A stretch of 36,917 nucleotides of DNA, taken from the IMG/VR virus record IMGVR_UViG_3300045988_102538. One strand, given 5' to 3'. This document shows positions 1 to 7,618 of the stretch, in pieces. How positions within the stretch are numbered: position 1 is the stretch's first letter; each line of letters opens with the position of its first letter. This DNA comes from a virus. The translations under genes and the position numbers were made by a program. Below the pieces are notes generated by a model. That model made no database searches and had not been told where the DNA came from. It saw only the letters and a program-made list of their open reading frames with translations.

Positions 1-55
1 GGTCAGGCTTTGTTCATGCGCTGCTCCGCGTGGCGCGACATGGCCGAACATTGCG
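1..55 (+). repeat. Terminal overlap, identical to 36863-36917 (circular closure / permutation point)
   Basis: ggtcaggctttgttcatgcgctgctccgcgtggcgcgacatggccgaacattgcg is present at both window ends. Confidence 0.95.
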
Positions 56-387
56 CGCAAAGCCTGGCAAAGGGCATGCGTGTGATCGCCCAGGGCAGGC
101 TGACGCAGCATTCATGGGAGGACGAGCAGCATCAGCGCCGAACTTCCATGGAATTGCAGGTGGACGAGATCGGGCCGAGCTTGCGCTATGCGACCGCGCA
201 GGTGGCCAAGGCGCAGCGTGGCACGGCTGGAGCGTATGGCAATCCGTCCTCCGCTCCGGCGGGCTATACGGGCGGGGCCACCGCTGCCGGCACCTCGCTT
301 CCGCCGTCCGACCCGTGGGGTCAGCCACAGGACAAATCGGCATCGTTCGGTGATTTCGGCAAGCCGGAATCCGAACCGGATTTCTAA
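1..387 (+). CDS. ssb: Single-stranded DNA-binding protein, C-terminal part (continues the ORF starting at 36716)
   Basis: Frame 1 is open from base 1. It shows an OB-fold continuation, a Gly/Pro/Ala-rich linker and the acidic tip ...ESEPDF typical of SSB. Confidence 0.85.
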   Translation, partial: GQALFMRCSAWRDMAEHCAQSLAKGMRVIAQGRLTQHSWEDEQHQRRTSMELQVDEIGPSLRYATAQVAKAQRGTAGAYGNPSSAPAGYTGGATAAGTSLPPSDPWGQPQDKSASFGDFGKPESEPDF

Positions 388-396
388 GGACGAATC

Positions 397-1314
397 ATGA
401 GCATTCAAGCGTTGACATGGGTTATCTACGGTGTCGCGCCGGACATCAAGCACGCGGATTTCCGCACGCTTCTTGTGCTGGCCGACCATGCCGACCCTCA
501 AGGCATGGGAGCGTATCCGAGCAGGAGCACGATCAGTCGGTTGACCGGATACAGCGTGCGTACGGTCTCCTACGCGTTGAAGAGTCTCGAATCCTCTGGA
601 CTGATCAGCAGGGGAGACCAGCGCATCGTGTCCGGCCTCGGCGGATACAAGCCGACCGTCTGGAACCTCAACATGAGCAGAGGTGCAAAAACTGCACCTC
701 TCGAAAACGCCGAAACACCAGTGCAACACGACTGCACGCCAGCAGTGCAAACAGACTGCACACCAGCAGTGCAAGCAGGGGTGCAAAAAACACGGACAGG
801 TGTGCAAACAGGTGTGCAACATGATTGCACAAGAACCATATCTAAGGAAGAACCATATATAGAACCTAGAGAGAGTAACGCGCGCGCGAGAAAACCAATC
901 CCAATACCAGCCGACTGGAAACCCACCGAGGAGCACCGGGCGCTCGCCGACCGGCTCGGCATCGACTGCGACATCGAGGCCGACAAATTCCGCGACAGGG
1001 CCCTCGACTCGGGAGCCCGCTCGGCCGACTGGAACGCGAAATACCGCAACTGGCTCGTCAAAGGCAAGGAACGCGGATTCGCCACGCCAAAGGATTCCAA
1101 CGTTCGCCGACGGTTCACGTGGGGTAGTGAAGAGGTGAAACGCGTAGTCGGCTCGATAGCCTGCGAGGGCACGGACACGTACATGGAGCTCGCATGCAAG
1201 GTCGCGGACCTGCTCAACCAGGGCGTGGATCCGGACATGCTGCGCCGTCAGCTCGCGAACGTGCCCGGCGACGTATTGGCCGAACAATTGTTTGAACAGG
1301 AGGCGGCGGCATGA
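397..1314 (+). CDS. Replication initiator / replisome-organizer-like protein with N-terminal winged HTH
   Basis: The N-terminus LLVLADHADPQGMGAYPSRSTISRLTGYSVRTVSYALKSLESSGLISR resembles wHTH domains of phage and plasmid replication proteins. The gene directly follows ssb and its central repeat-encoded linker carries iterons. Confidence 0.6.
   Translation: MSIQALTWVIYGVAPDIKHADFRTLLVLADHADPQGMGAYPSRSTISRLTGYSVRTVSYALKSLESSGLISRGDQRIVSGLGGYKPTVWNLNMSRGAKTAPLENAETPVQHDCTPAVQTDCTPAVQAGVQKTRTGVQTGVQHDCTRTISKEEPYIEPRESNARARKPIPIPADWKPTEEHRALADRLGIDCDIEADKFRDRALDSGARSADWNAKYRNWLVKGKERGFATPKDSNVRRRFTWGSEEVKRVVGSIACEGTDTYMELACKVADLLNQGVDPDMLRRQLANVPGDVLAEQLFEQEAAA
683..830 (+). repeat. Putative replication origin: GTGCAA iterons and GTGCA-N5-7-TGCAC palindromes inside the initiator gene
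   Basis: GTGCAA occurs at 683, 721, 745, 769, 781, 802 and 814. Palindromic units lie at 683-697, 721-737, 745-761 and 814-830, with a 24-bp tandem period at 721-774. Confidence 0.5.
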
Positions 1315-1502
1315 ACGCCATGACCATCGCACACATGGCCGGCGTCCTCACCTCGGCCATCCAGGCCGCGGACCGATTGGAACTCGACGCGCTCAAAGGC
1401 CCGGCGCTCGCCGATATGGACCTTGACCGTATCCGCGATATCAAACGCGACTGCTCGACCTGCATCAGCCTGCTCGAACAAATCGGAAGGGAGCGACGAT
1501 GA
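1311..1502 (+). CDS. Hypothetical early protein (63 aa)
   Basis: ATGA start/stop overlap with the upstream gene; high GC3 in frame. Confidence 0.5.
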   Translation: MNAMTIAHMAGVLTSAIQAADRLELDALKGPALADMDLDRIRDIKRDCSTCISLLEQIGRERR

Positions 1503-1903
1503 GCGACCGGCAATTCCAGGAATCGAAACACGTCGCCTTGCAACGTCAGGGCTGGCATTGCATGCGTTGCGGACGCAACCTGCACGACCCGAGTGTCTGG
1601 CCGGGCAGGAGCGGCCACCACCGGCAGTTGCGCCGTCGGGCCGACCCGACCGTGCGTGACCTGCCGTGCAACATCGTCGAACTGTGCGGGTCGGGCACGA
1701 CCGGCTGTCATGGTTGGGCGCACGCTCATCCGGCCGAGGCGGAACGGTTCGGCTACATCATCCCGAGCTGGCGTGATCCGCTCAACGTGCCGATACGCGA
1801 CTGGAACGGCGACTGGTGGTGGCTGTTGGATGACGGCACGGCGCAACGGCTCACTCAAATCGAGGTCATCGAATGGCAAAGCGATTGGAAGGAAGAATCA
1901 TGA
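1499..1903 (+). CDS. HNH-type endonuclease-like protein
   Basis: CMRCG ... SGHHRQLRRR ... NIVELC ... GCHGWAH arrangement (Cys pairs, HH, N, H). ATGA overlap with the upstream ORF. Confidence 0.65.
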   Translation: MSDRQFQESKHVALQRQGWHCMRCGRNLHDPSVWPGRSGHHRQLRRRADPTVRDLPCNIVELCGSGTTGCHGWAHAHPAEAERFGYIIPSWRDPLNVPIRDWNGDWWWLLDDGTAQRLTQIEVIEWQSDWKEES

Positions 1904-2478
1904 GGAAACAGGACAAAGACCGGAATGGGAAGCCGGAGGCGCTGCTCTGGCTCGACTTCGAAACGACCGGTACGGACAGGGATGACAGTCTGCCGTTGGA
2001 GGTCGGCATGGAATGTACCGACGTGCTGGGCGAACATTCGTATGGATCCCTGCATCGCATCATCAGACCGGACTATCTCAACCTGTTGGGCATGAGCCCG
2101 GTCGCGTTCTCGATGCACACGGACAATGGATTGCTGTTCGAACTGTTGAATGGTTCGCCGCAGGATGACTGCGTGGGTGCTGTGGCGAACGCAGTGGAGG
2201 AGTATCTCGACTCGCTCTCGCAACGGTTCGCCCTGGTTCCGGCGGGCACGAACGTGGACTTCGACATCGACTTCCTCGAACGACTCGACCTGAACCCGGA
2301 CAGGTGGCTGTCCTACCGCAAGTTCGACCTGACCACGCTCCGCCGGTATTTGAGGTTCATCGACTGTCCCGAGGATCCGTACAAGGGACATCGTGGCACG
2401 CACAGGGTGCGCGACTGCATCCGACGCGACATCAACGACTACAAGTGGTACCGCAAGCTTCTGAAGGGAGCATGGTGA
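1900..2478 (+). CDS. DEDDh 3'-5' exonuclease (oligoribonuclease/DnaQ-like)
   Basis: Exo I motif LWLDFETTG and a C-terminal H-x4-D motif (THRVRDC). Start chosen at the ATGA overlap (1900) rather than the track start 1873. Confidence 0.7.
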   Translation: MRKQDKDRNGKPEALLWLDFETTGTDRDDSLPLEVGMECTDVLGEHSYGSLHRIIRPDYLNLLGMSPVAFSMHTDNGLLFELLNGSPQDDCVGAVANAVEEYLDSLSQRFALVPAGTNVDFDIDFLERLDLNPDRWLSYRKFDLTTLRRYLRFIDCPEDPYKGHRGTHRVRDCIRRDINDYKWYRKLLKGAW

Positions 2479-2546
2479 TGACCGTGGTCGCCATGATGCT
2501 CCTGTGCGCGGCCGTCCTGGTCGCATGGATCGGAGGCAGGCCATGA
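2472..2546 (+). CDS. Possible 24-aa hydrophobic peptide (MVMTVVAMMLLCAAVLVAWIGGRP)
   Basis: A short ORF bridges two genes, with overlaps to both neighbours. Very short, so weak. Confidence 0.25.
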   Translation: MVMTVVAMMLLCAAVLVAWIGGRP

Positions 2547-2794
2547 CGGTCCAGACGCATATGGCGTGGCAGTACCGGAATCCCGCCGACCTGATCGGCC
2601 GGCGATGCATCGCGCTCACCGGCATGGATGTCACGTTGGACGGCCCGTTGGATCTGATCCGGTTGAGCCCGGTCCACGCGGTCCTGAAATACCGGGGCAT
2701 CGGCCTGCATGTCATCGACTGCGACCTACGCCATCACACGAACAAAACCTCGGACGGCATCCGCGCCGTCGTCATCACGGAAGGCAAACCATGA
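2543..2794 (+). CDS. Hypothetical early protein (83 aa)
   Basis: ATGA-coupled start at 2543 within track ORF 2504..2794. Confidence 0.4.
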   Translation: MTVQTHMAWQYRNPADLIGRRCIALTGMDVTLDGPLDLIRLSPVHAVLKYRGIGLHVIDCDLRHHTNKTSDGIRAVVITEGKP

Positions 2795-3033
2795 AACACA
2801 CCACATCGCATGCCAGGAAATGGCATAGGACCAGCCCATGCCCATACTGCGGCACGAGAAAACCCGGCATCGAACCCTACGCCCGAATCATCGGAGCCAC
2901 GATGCGCTGCATCTGGATCGCCAAATGCCATGGATGTCCGAACGCCGTCTGGATCACCACCCCGGACGACAGCATCAAAACCGCGATCCGCGGATGGAAC
3001 CGATACGCCAACGGCGGATGGCGCAAACACTAG
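2791..3033 (+). CDS. Lar-family (restriction alleviation)-like small Zn-ribbon protein
   Basis: PCPYCG ... CHGC ... TAIRGWNRYA matches the CPxCG / CxxC / AIxxWNRR layout remembered for the Lar family. ATGA-coupled internal start of track ORF 2566..3033. Confidence 0.5.
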   Translation: MKHTTSHARKWHRTSPCPYCGTRKPGIEPYARIIGATMRCIWIAKCHGCPNAVWITTPDDSIKTAIRGWNRYANGGWRKH

Positions 3034-3044
3034 GAGGAAACAAA

Positions 3045-3317
3045 ATGAGAAAGACAACATGCATCACACTCGCCATCACCGTCATATGCATGGCGCTCGC
3101 CGGATGCGGAAGCGCGTCGGAGCCTTCAACGCCAGCGCATGAGGTCAGGTCCATCGAATCGCAGTGCTCCGACATGGACGACGACTTCAGTGAATGCGTC
3201 ATCACTCTGACCGACACGAGGAAAGTGGACTGCGTCGTCTACTCGGACTACAAGCAGGGCGGCCTGTCCTGCGACTGGAGCCATGTGAGCGGAGCGGACA
3301 AGGAGCCGGACCGATGA
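3045..3317 (+). CDS. Exported lipoprotein (90 aa)
   Basis: AGGAGG lies 6 nt upstream of the ATG. Signal peptide MRKTTCITLAITVICMALAGC has the lipobox LAGC. Confidence 0.6.
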   Translation: MRKTTCITLAITVICMALAGCGSASEPSTPAHEVRSIESQCSDMDDDFSECVITLTDTRKVDCVVYSDYKQGGLSCDWSHVSGADKEPDR

Positions 3318-3733
3318 GCTACCGGGAAATCCATGAGCTGTTCGTCGTCTGCGACGAGTGCCATACAAGCCTTTCCGTCGATGACGCGACCTACGAGGAC
3401 GCCGACGACGAGGCCGTCGACCACGGCTGGCAATGCGACGAGCTCCAAGGCAGGCACTACTGCCCGCTCCACTGGCACGTCGAATGCCATGACTGCGACA
3501 TCACCGACAGTGGAGCGCCGGACGAACTGGAAGCCGCGGGATGGCACATCGACCGAGATTATCCATGCGACAGCCTCTGTCCGAACCACCGTCATCTCTC
3601 ATGCCGCGAATGCCGCAAGTGGGATGTCGGACCTCTGCACCGGCTCGAATACGAGGGATGGCAGGTAAATGCAGACGATTTCAAGAAGAGCCTCTGCCCG
3701 GAATGCGTAAAAAACAAGAAGGAAACGAAATGA
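3314..3733 (+). CDS. Cys/His-rich hypothetical protein (139 aa, several CxxC pairs)
   Basis: ATGA-coupled start. Contains CDEC, CHDC, CREC and CPEC motifs. Confidence 0.5.
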   Translation: MSYREIHELFVVCDECHTSLSVDDATYEDADDEAVDHGWQCDELQGRHYCPLHWHVECHDCDITDSGAPDELEAAGWHIDRDYPCDSLCPNHRHLSCRECRKWDVGPLHRLEYEGWQVNADDFKKSLCPECVKNKKETK

Positions 3734-3867
3734 AAGTGAAGAAAGTCCTCATAGACATGATCGTCAAATGGCATCAGGCCGGATACAGCCTCGATGAGAT
3801 CGCACCACTGGTGCCCCAAGTCTCCAAAGAGGAAATCAAAGCGATCATCCAACACACCCGCGAATAA
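3730..3867 (+). CDS. Small hypothetical protein (45 aa), possibly HTH-like
   Basis: ATGA-coupled start; WHQAGYSLDEIAPLV resembles a short HTH. Confidence 0.35.
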   Translation: MKVKKVLIDMIVKWHQAGYSLDEIAPLVPQVSKEEIKAIIQHTRE

Positions 3868-3942
3868 CAAGAAACCCGACCTTCCGGCCGGGCTCCTGGC
3901 ATCACCACAAACCAGACTACACCGCCGGAGGGAATCGAACAA

Positions 3943-4782
3943 ATGAACGAACCAACCAACGAATCCCAACCAACACAAACCAACCAAAACAATCCAGCGC
4001 TCGCCGGCATGTGCCAAGTGTGCGGCGGGGAGTGCCGTATTCAAGCCACGATGTGCGACAAGTGCGAGAACACTTTGAGGGGATGGATCCACGACTATCC
4101 CATCTGGATCCATGCCTTGCGCGAGTTTCTGGATTCGACGGCGCATTACGGAGGCCACCAGCCTGGACGTGTCAACCTGCCGTCCGCGCCCACGCCGATC
4201 AGACTCTCGGTCGTTGACCATCTGCAGGAGATCGAGGATGCGGTGACGGCGTTGTGGTGTCGATTGTATGCGCCGCCGGCCATGCCATGGGCCACAAGCA
4301 TCGCGGTCCCGCCAGTCGCTGACATGCTCAAGGCATGCTGGTCTTGCCAGCGGTTGAACCGACTGCCGGACATTGGTTTGATTTGGCATGACTGGCAGCG
4401 GTTGGTGCGCAAGACGCTGGGCATCATCGACGTGCCGCCATCCAGGCATGGTATCGGCAGGTGCCTGAATCCTCTGTGCGGCGTGGAGCTGAGTGCGGAG
4501 GTCGGCGCGGTGAACGTTGCCTGTCCTGTGTGCGGCAACACTTACCGTGTGGCGGATGTGCGGTTGGGGTTCCTGATGGAATGCGTTCGGTCGGGACGCG
4601 CGTTCACGGCGGGGGAGTGCGCGGAACTGCTGCGCGAATGCGGGTTCCAGTGCAGCGTGAACACGATCTACTCGTGGCGCAAGCGCGGCAGGATCCAACC
4701 GGCCGGCAGAAACGAGAAGGGACAGCCGCTGTACCGTCTGTCCGACGTCCACGCGCGCCTCGCCCGGCATGACGTGATTTGA
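3943..4782 (+). CDS. Zn-ribbon + C-terminal HTH DNA-binding protein at the Q position (candidate late-gene regulator)
   Basis: GGAGGG RBS. Contains CQVCGGEC...CDKC and CLNPLC...CPVCG ribbons and a C-terminal excisionase/MerR-like HTH (SVNTIYSWRKRGRI). It is the last early gene before a promoter/terminator pair and the late genes. Confidence 0.55.
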   Translation: MNEPTNESQPTQTNQNNPALAGMCQVCGGECRIQATMCDKCENTLRGWIHDYPIWIHALREFLDSTAHYGGHQPGRVNLPSAPTPIRLSVVDHLQEIEDAVTALWCRLYAPPAMPWATSIAVPPVADMLKACWSCQRLNRLPDIGLIWHDWQRLVRKTLGIIDVPPSRHGIGRCLNPLCGVELSAEVGAVNVACPVCGNTYRVADVRLGFLMECVRSGRAFTAGECAELLRECGFQCSVNTIYSWRKRGRIQPAGRNEKGQPLYRLSDVHARLARHDVI

Positions 4783-4807
4783 CATTTTTCAAAGTGCAAG
4801 GCAGAAT
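4779..4807 (+). promoter_or_regulatory. Sigma-70-like promoter TTGACA-17-CAGAAT
   Basis: TTGACA at 4779-4784 overlaps the upstream stop codon. A 17-nt spacer precedes CAGAAT at 4802-4807. Confidence 0.45.
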
Positions 4808-4820
4808 TGTCAGTGGATTA

Positions 4821-4855
4821 AAGGGTTCAAACCGGAAAACGGTTTGAACCCTTTT
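4821..4855 (+). terminator. Intrinsic terminator (14-bp perfect stem, 5-nt loop, T-run)
   Basis: aagggttcaaaccg-gaaaa-cggtttgaaccctt followed by tt(c). Confidence 0.7.
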
Positions 4856-5023
4856 CATATCCGCCATGGATTCTCCTAACTCCTTGGGTTGCAGTCCCGT
4901 CCTGTCCGAACGGCATATCGGACACGCTCCGCCCACTCACGTCAGAGTGGGCATACCCCAACAGTGGCAGGCAAGCCAATCCCGCGCTTACGTGATGCGG
5001 TGAAGCTCAAATCGCCTGTCCAT

Positions 5024-5125
5024 GCCTTCGTAGGAATCAGTGGTAGATCGTACCGGCCGCGAGTCTTTATTAGATCTCTTCCTTGCGGCCGCGTGTGGAC
5101 GCGGGTTCGAATCCCGCCGAAGGCA
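5024..5125 (+). ncRNA. tRNA-like element 1 (acceptor + D-like + T arm, oversized central hairpin)
   Basis: GCCTTCG-TA ... GCGGG-TTCGAAT-CCCGC-CGAAGGC-A gives a perfect 7-bp acceptor and a canonical T-loop. The D-like arm is AATC-AGTGGTA-GAT. There is no canonical anticodon arm; a 7-bp GC stem (5054-5060/5085-5091) takes its place. Confidence 0.3.
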
Positions 5126-5143
5126 CCCATGAAACAAACCCGG

Positions 5144-5236
5144 GGTAGGGGTATTGACAATCCGGTAGGGGTATTCGCAGATGATGGGGAGCCCCTACAA
5201 GACACGGGAGTGTCCATATACGGGAGCCCCTATACC
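5144..5236 (+). promoter_or_regulatory. Repeat cluster upstream of the packaging genes (cos/terminase recognition or late-promoter activator sites)
   Basis: GGTAGGGGTATT occurs at 5144 and 5164 (20-bp spacing) and brackets a TTGACA at 5154. Inverted relatives GGGAGCCCCTA(C/T)A occur at 5187 and 5222. Confidence 0.4.
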
Positions 5237-5315
5237 GGCATTCCAGCAAGCCAACGGCGAAGATAGTCGTCGGCAAATCCACGGCACCCCTGGGCTCATA
5301 CACGTGGGAGGCCAC

Positions 5316-5645
5316 ATGAGCAAGCGGCGCAACGAGCGCGTCAGCAACGGCTGGCGGCGCAGACAGCTCAGGGCAAGAGTGCTGGCCGCATACGACGTGT
5401 GCGCCATCTGCGGCAAGCCGGTCGACAAGACATTGAAGACACCACATCCGATGAGCGCCGAAGTCGACGAGCTCATACCAGTCTCACGCGGTGGTGATCC
5501 ATACAGCTTCACGAACTGCAGGCTCACGCACCGCAGATGCAACAGGATGAAGAGCGACAAGACAGACGAACACGCACGAGCGCTGCTGGCTGGCAGACAG
5601 GAAGTGAAAGCAAGCTCGATGCCGTTCAAAACGTTCGGCATCTGA
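5316..5645 (+). CDS. HNH endonuclease (terminase-associated type)
   Basis: GGGAGG RBS. Contains CAICG ... DELIPVSRGGDPYSFTNCRLTHRRCNRMKSDK and lies immediately upstream of TerS/TerL. Confidence 0.85.
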   Translation: MSKRRNERVSNGWRRRQLRARVLAAYDVCAICGKPVDKTLKTPHPMSAEVDELIPVSRGGDPYSFTNCRLTHRRCNRMKSDKTDEHARALLAGRQEVKASSMPFKTFGI

Positions 5646-5778
5646 CTCCGATACCAGGGCGGGGACCCCGGGTACACCCCCTACCGGTCGCCTCGGGTGC
5701 AGTGCCGATTTCTCCCCGCGGATTCAAACGTCGGAAACAGGGGAAACAACGAAAGGTCGGAAAGCGAGGATTACGCCG

Positions 5779-6207
5779 ATGAAGTGCGAACTCTGCGGCA
5801 AGGAATTCCAGCCTTCCGGCCACGGGCGGCCGCAACGGTACTGCTCCAAATCCTGCCGCCAGAAAGCCGATTATCGTCGGAAAAAGAACAGGCCCGCACA
5901 GGACCGGAACAGTAAGCCACCCGTCAAAGCCGTGGAAACGAAACAGAAGCCGGAGCAGGACCTCGACCAGCGGAGCTTCGAACGGATGATGGACGGCAGC
6001 ATGCTGGACATACTGCGAGACAACCGTGACCTGCTGCTCAAGGCCATGGCCGATCCCACGACGCCGGCGAACGCACTACCCGCGATCAGCCGCCAGCTCA
6101 TCGCCGTATGCGACCGCATCGAATCACTCCAGGTCGGTGGCCTGACCGACCTGCTGGACGATGAGGAAGACGAGGTGACGGACGATGTCGGAGCGTCGAT
6201 TGTCTGA
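5779..6207 (+). CDS. terS: Terminase small subunit
   Basis: N-terminal CELCG...RYCSKSCR Zn-ribbon, basic linker and acidic tail. The gene overlaps the TerL start. Confidence 0.65.
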   Translation: MKCELCGKEFQPSGHGRPQRYCSKSCRQKADYRRKKNRPAQDRNSKPPVKAVETKQKPEQDLDQRSFERMMDGSMLDILRDNRDLLLKAMADPTTPANALPAISRQLIAVCDRIESLQVGGLTDLLDDEEDEVTDDVGASIV

Positions 6208-7618
6208 AATCGCCAAGGTCCTCCGCCAGCCGGAAGGCATCGTCGGCAGCGAGTTCACGCGAATCAACAAAGCCGCGCGCAAGGCCGGCATCCGTTTCGA
6301 CTTGTGGCAGCAGGGCTTCTTGTGGCTTCTGTTCGCCAAGAACACGGAAGGCAAGTACGCTTGTGGCGCGGACGGCGCCGTGCTGTCCAGCTGCAGGCAG
6401 ATCGGCAAGACCTTCACCGTCGGCACCGCGTTGTTCCTCAAGGCGATACTCACACCGAACCTGAAAGCCATCTGGACCGCCCACCACACGCGCACCAGCG
6501 ACGAGACATTCGCGGACATGTGCGAGATGGAACACAATCCAGTGCTCGGCAGGTACGTGGAACGCATCCGCAGAGCAAACGGCCAACAGGAGATCACGTT
6601 CACATCAGGCAGCCGCATCATGTTCGGCGCCCGCGAAAACGGTTTCGGCCGAGGATTGCACAGCGTGGACGTGGCCGTTTTCGACGAAGCGCAGATCCTC
6701 ACCGTCCGCGCGATGGACAACATGATCCCCGTCCTGAACACGAGCCCGAACCCGTTGGTCGTGTACATGGGCAATCCACCCAAGCCAGGAGACCAGTGCG
6801 AGGCGTTCACGGAGAAGCGCATGCACGCGCTGAACCATGACGGGAACCTCCTCTACGTGGAGCTTGCCGCCGACAAGGACGCGGATCCGGACGACCGCGA
6901 ACAGTGGGCTAAAGCGAATCCCAGCTATCCGAGACGTACCAGTGAACAGGCAATCATACGCATGCGCAACAACCTGTCCGACGATTCGTTCCGCCGTGAG
7001 GCGCTCGGCATCTGGGATGAGACTGTCACCGCATACGCCATCGACCCCGACCAGTGGAAGGCCGCGGCCGTCGATGACGTGCCCGAAGGCGGCACGGTGA
7101 GCTTCGGCCTCGACATGCCGCCCGACAGGAGCGTGCTGACCATCGGCGCCGCATTGCGGTACAAGGACGGAACGGCCGTCATCCAGATGGCGAACATCAA
7201 GGACGCACGGCAGGCGGGAACCATGTGGGCCGTGGACTGGCTCGCCGAACGCTGGCACAAGACCGCCAGCGTGGTCATCGACGCGCAGTCGCCGGCCATG
7301 AGCCTGCTGCCCGACCTGAAGGCCGCACACGTGAAGGTCACCGTGACGAACATGCAGGAGATGGGCCGCGCATGCGGCCGATTCCTCGACATGCTCAAAG
7401 CCGGAACGCTCAAGCATCCGCGGGACGAATACCAGCCGCAGCTGGCCGCAGCAGTCAAGGGCGCTACCACGCGTCCATTGGGACAGTCCGGCGCGATCGC
7501 ATGGAACAAGCTCGGCTCGGATATCGACATAACCCCGCTCGTATCCACCACACTCGCCCTGTACGGGGCGTTCACCACGAAACGACATCCGGGAAGACGA
7601 CAGGAGGTGATGGTCTGA
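6185..7618 (+). CDS. terL: Terminase large subunit
   Basis: 477 aa with a Walker-A-like CRQIGKTF. Positioned between TerS and the portal gene. Confidence 0.85.
   Translation: MSERRLSEIAKVLRQPEGIVGSEFTRINKAARKAGIRFDLWQQGFLWLLFAKNTEGKYACGADGAVLSSCRQIGKTFTVGTALFLKAILTPNLKAIWTAHHTRTSDETFADMCEMEHNPVLGRYVERIRRANGQQEITFTSGSRIMFGARENGFGRGLHSVDVAVFDEAQILTVRAMDNMIPVLNTSPNPLVVYMGNPPKPGDQCEAFTEKRMHALNHDGNLLYVELAADKDADPDDREQWAKANPSYPRRTSEQAIIRMRNNLSDDSFRREALGIWDETVTAYAIDPDQWKAAAVDDVPEGGTVSFGLDMPPDRSVLTIGAALRYKDGTAVIQMANIKDARQAGTMWAVDWLAERWHKTASVVIDAQSPAMSLLPDLKAAHVKVTVTNMQEMGRACGRFLDMLKAGTLKHPRDEYQPQLAAAVKGATTRPLGQSGAIAWNKLGSDIDITPLVSTTLALYGAFTTKRHPGRRQEVMV

Noticed and set aside
112-1332. Long minus-strand ORF (406 aa) antisense to ssb and rep. 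Similar long antisense ORFs occur at 3592-4785, 10417-12033, 15299-16963, 16344-18050 and 18840-20531.
   Set aside because: These are typical high-GC shadow ORFs. Their Arg/Ala/Gly/His-rich, low-complexity translations have no motifs and no RBS. Each lies opposite a gene with clear function, overlap coupling and better third-position GC bias.
5024-5125. tmRNA gene or tmRNA 3' fragment. GGACGCGGGTTCGAATCCCGCC closely resembles the conserved tmRNA 3' T-arm region.
   Set aside because: The acceptor strand is CGAAGGC-A, not ...CTCCACCA. There is no G3:U70 pair, no GGGG 5' end, no tag ORF and no pseudoknot-sized body. The complementary 5' strand lies only ~95 nt upstream.
7225-7617. N-terminal 131-aa extension of the portal ORF.
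   Set aside because: It lies inside terL in another frame with an Arg-rich shadow translation. The TGATG-coupled ATG at 7618 gives a normal portal N-terminus.
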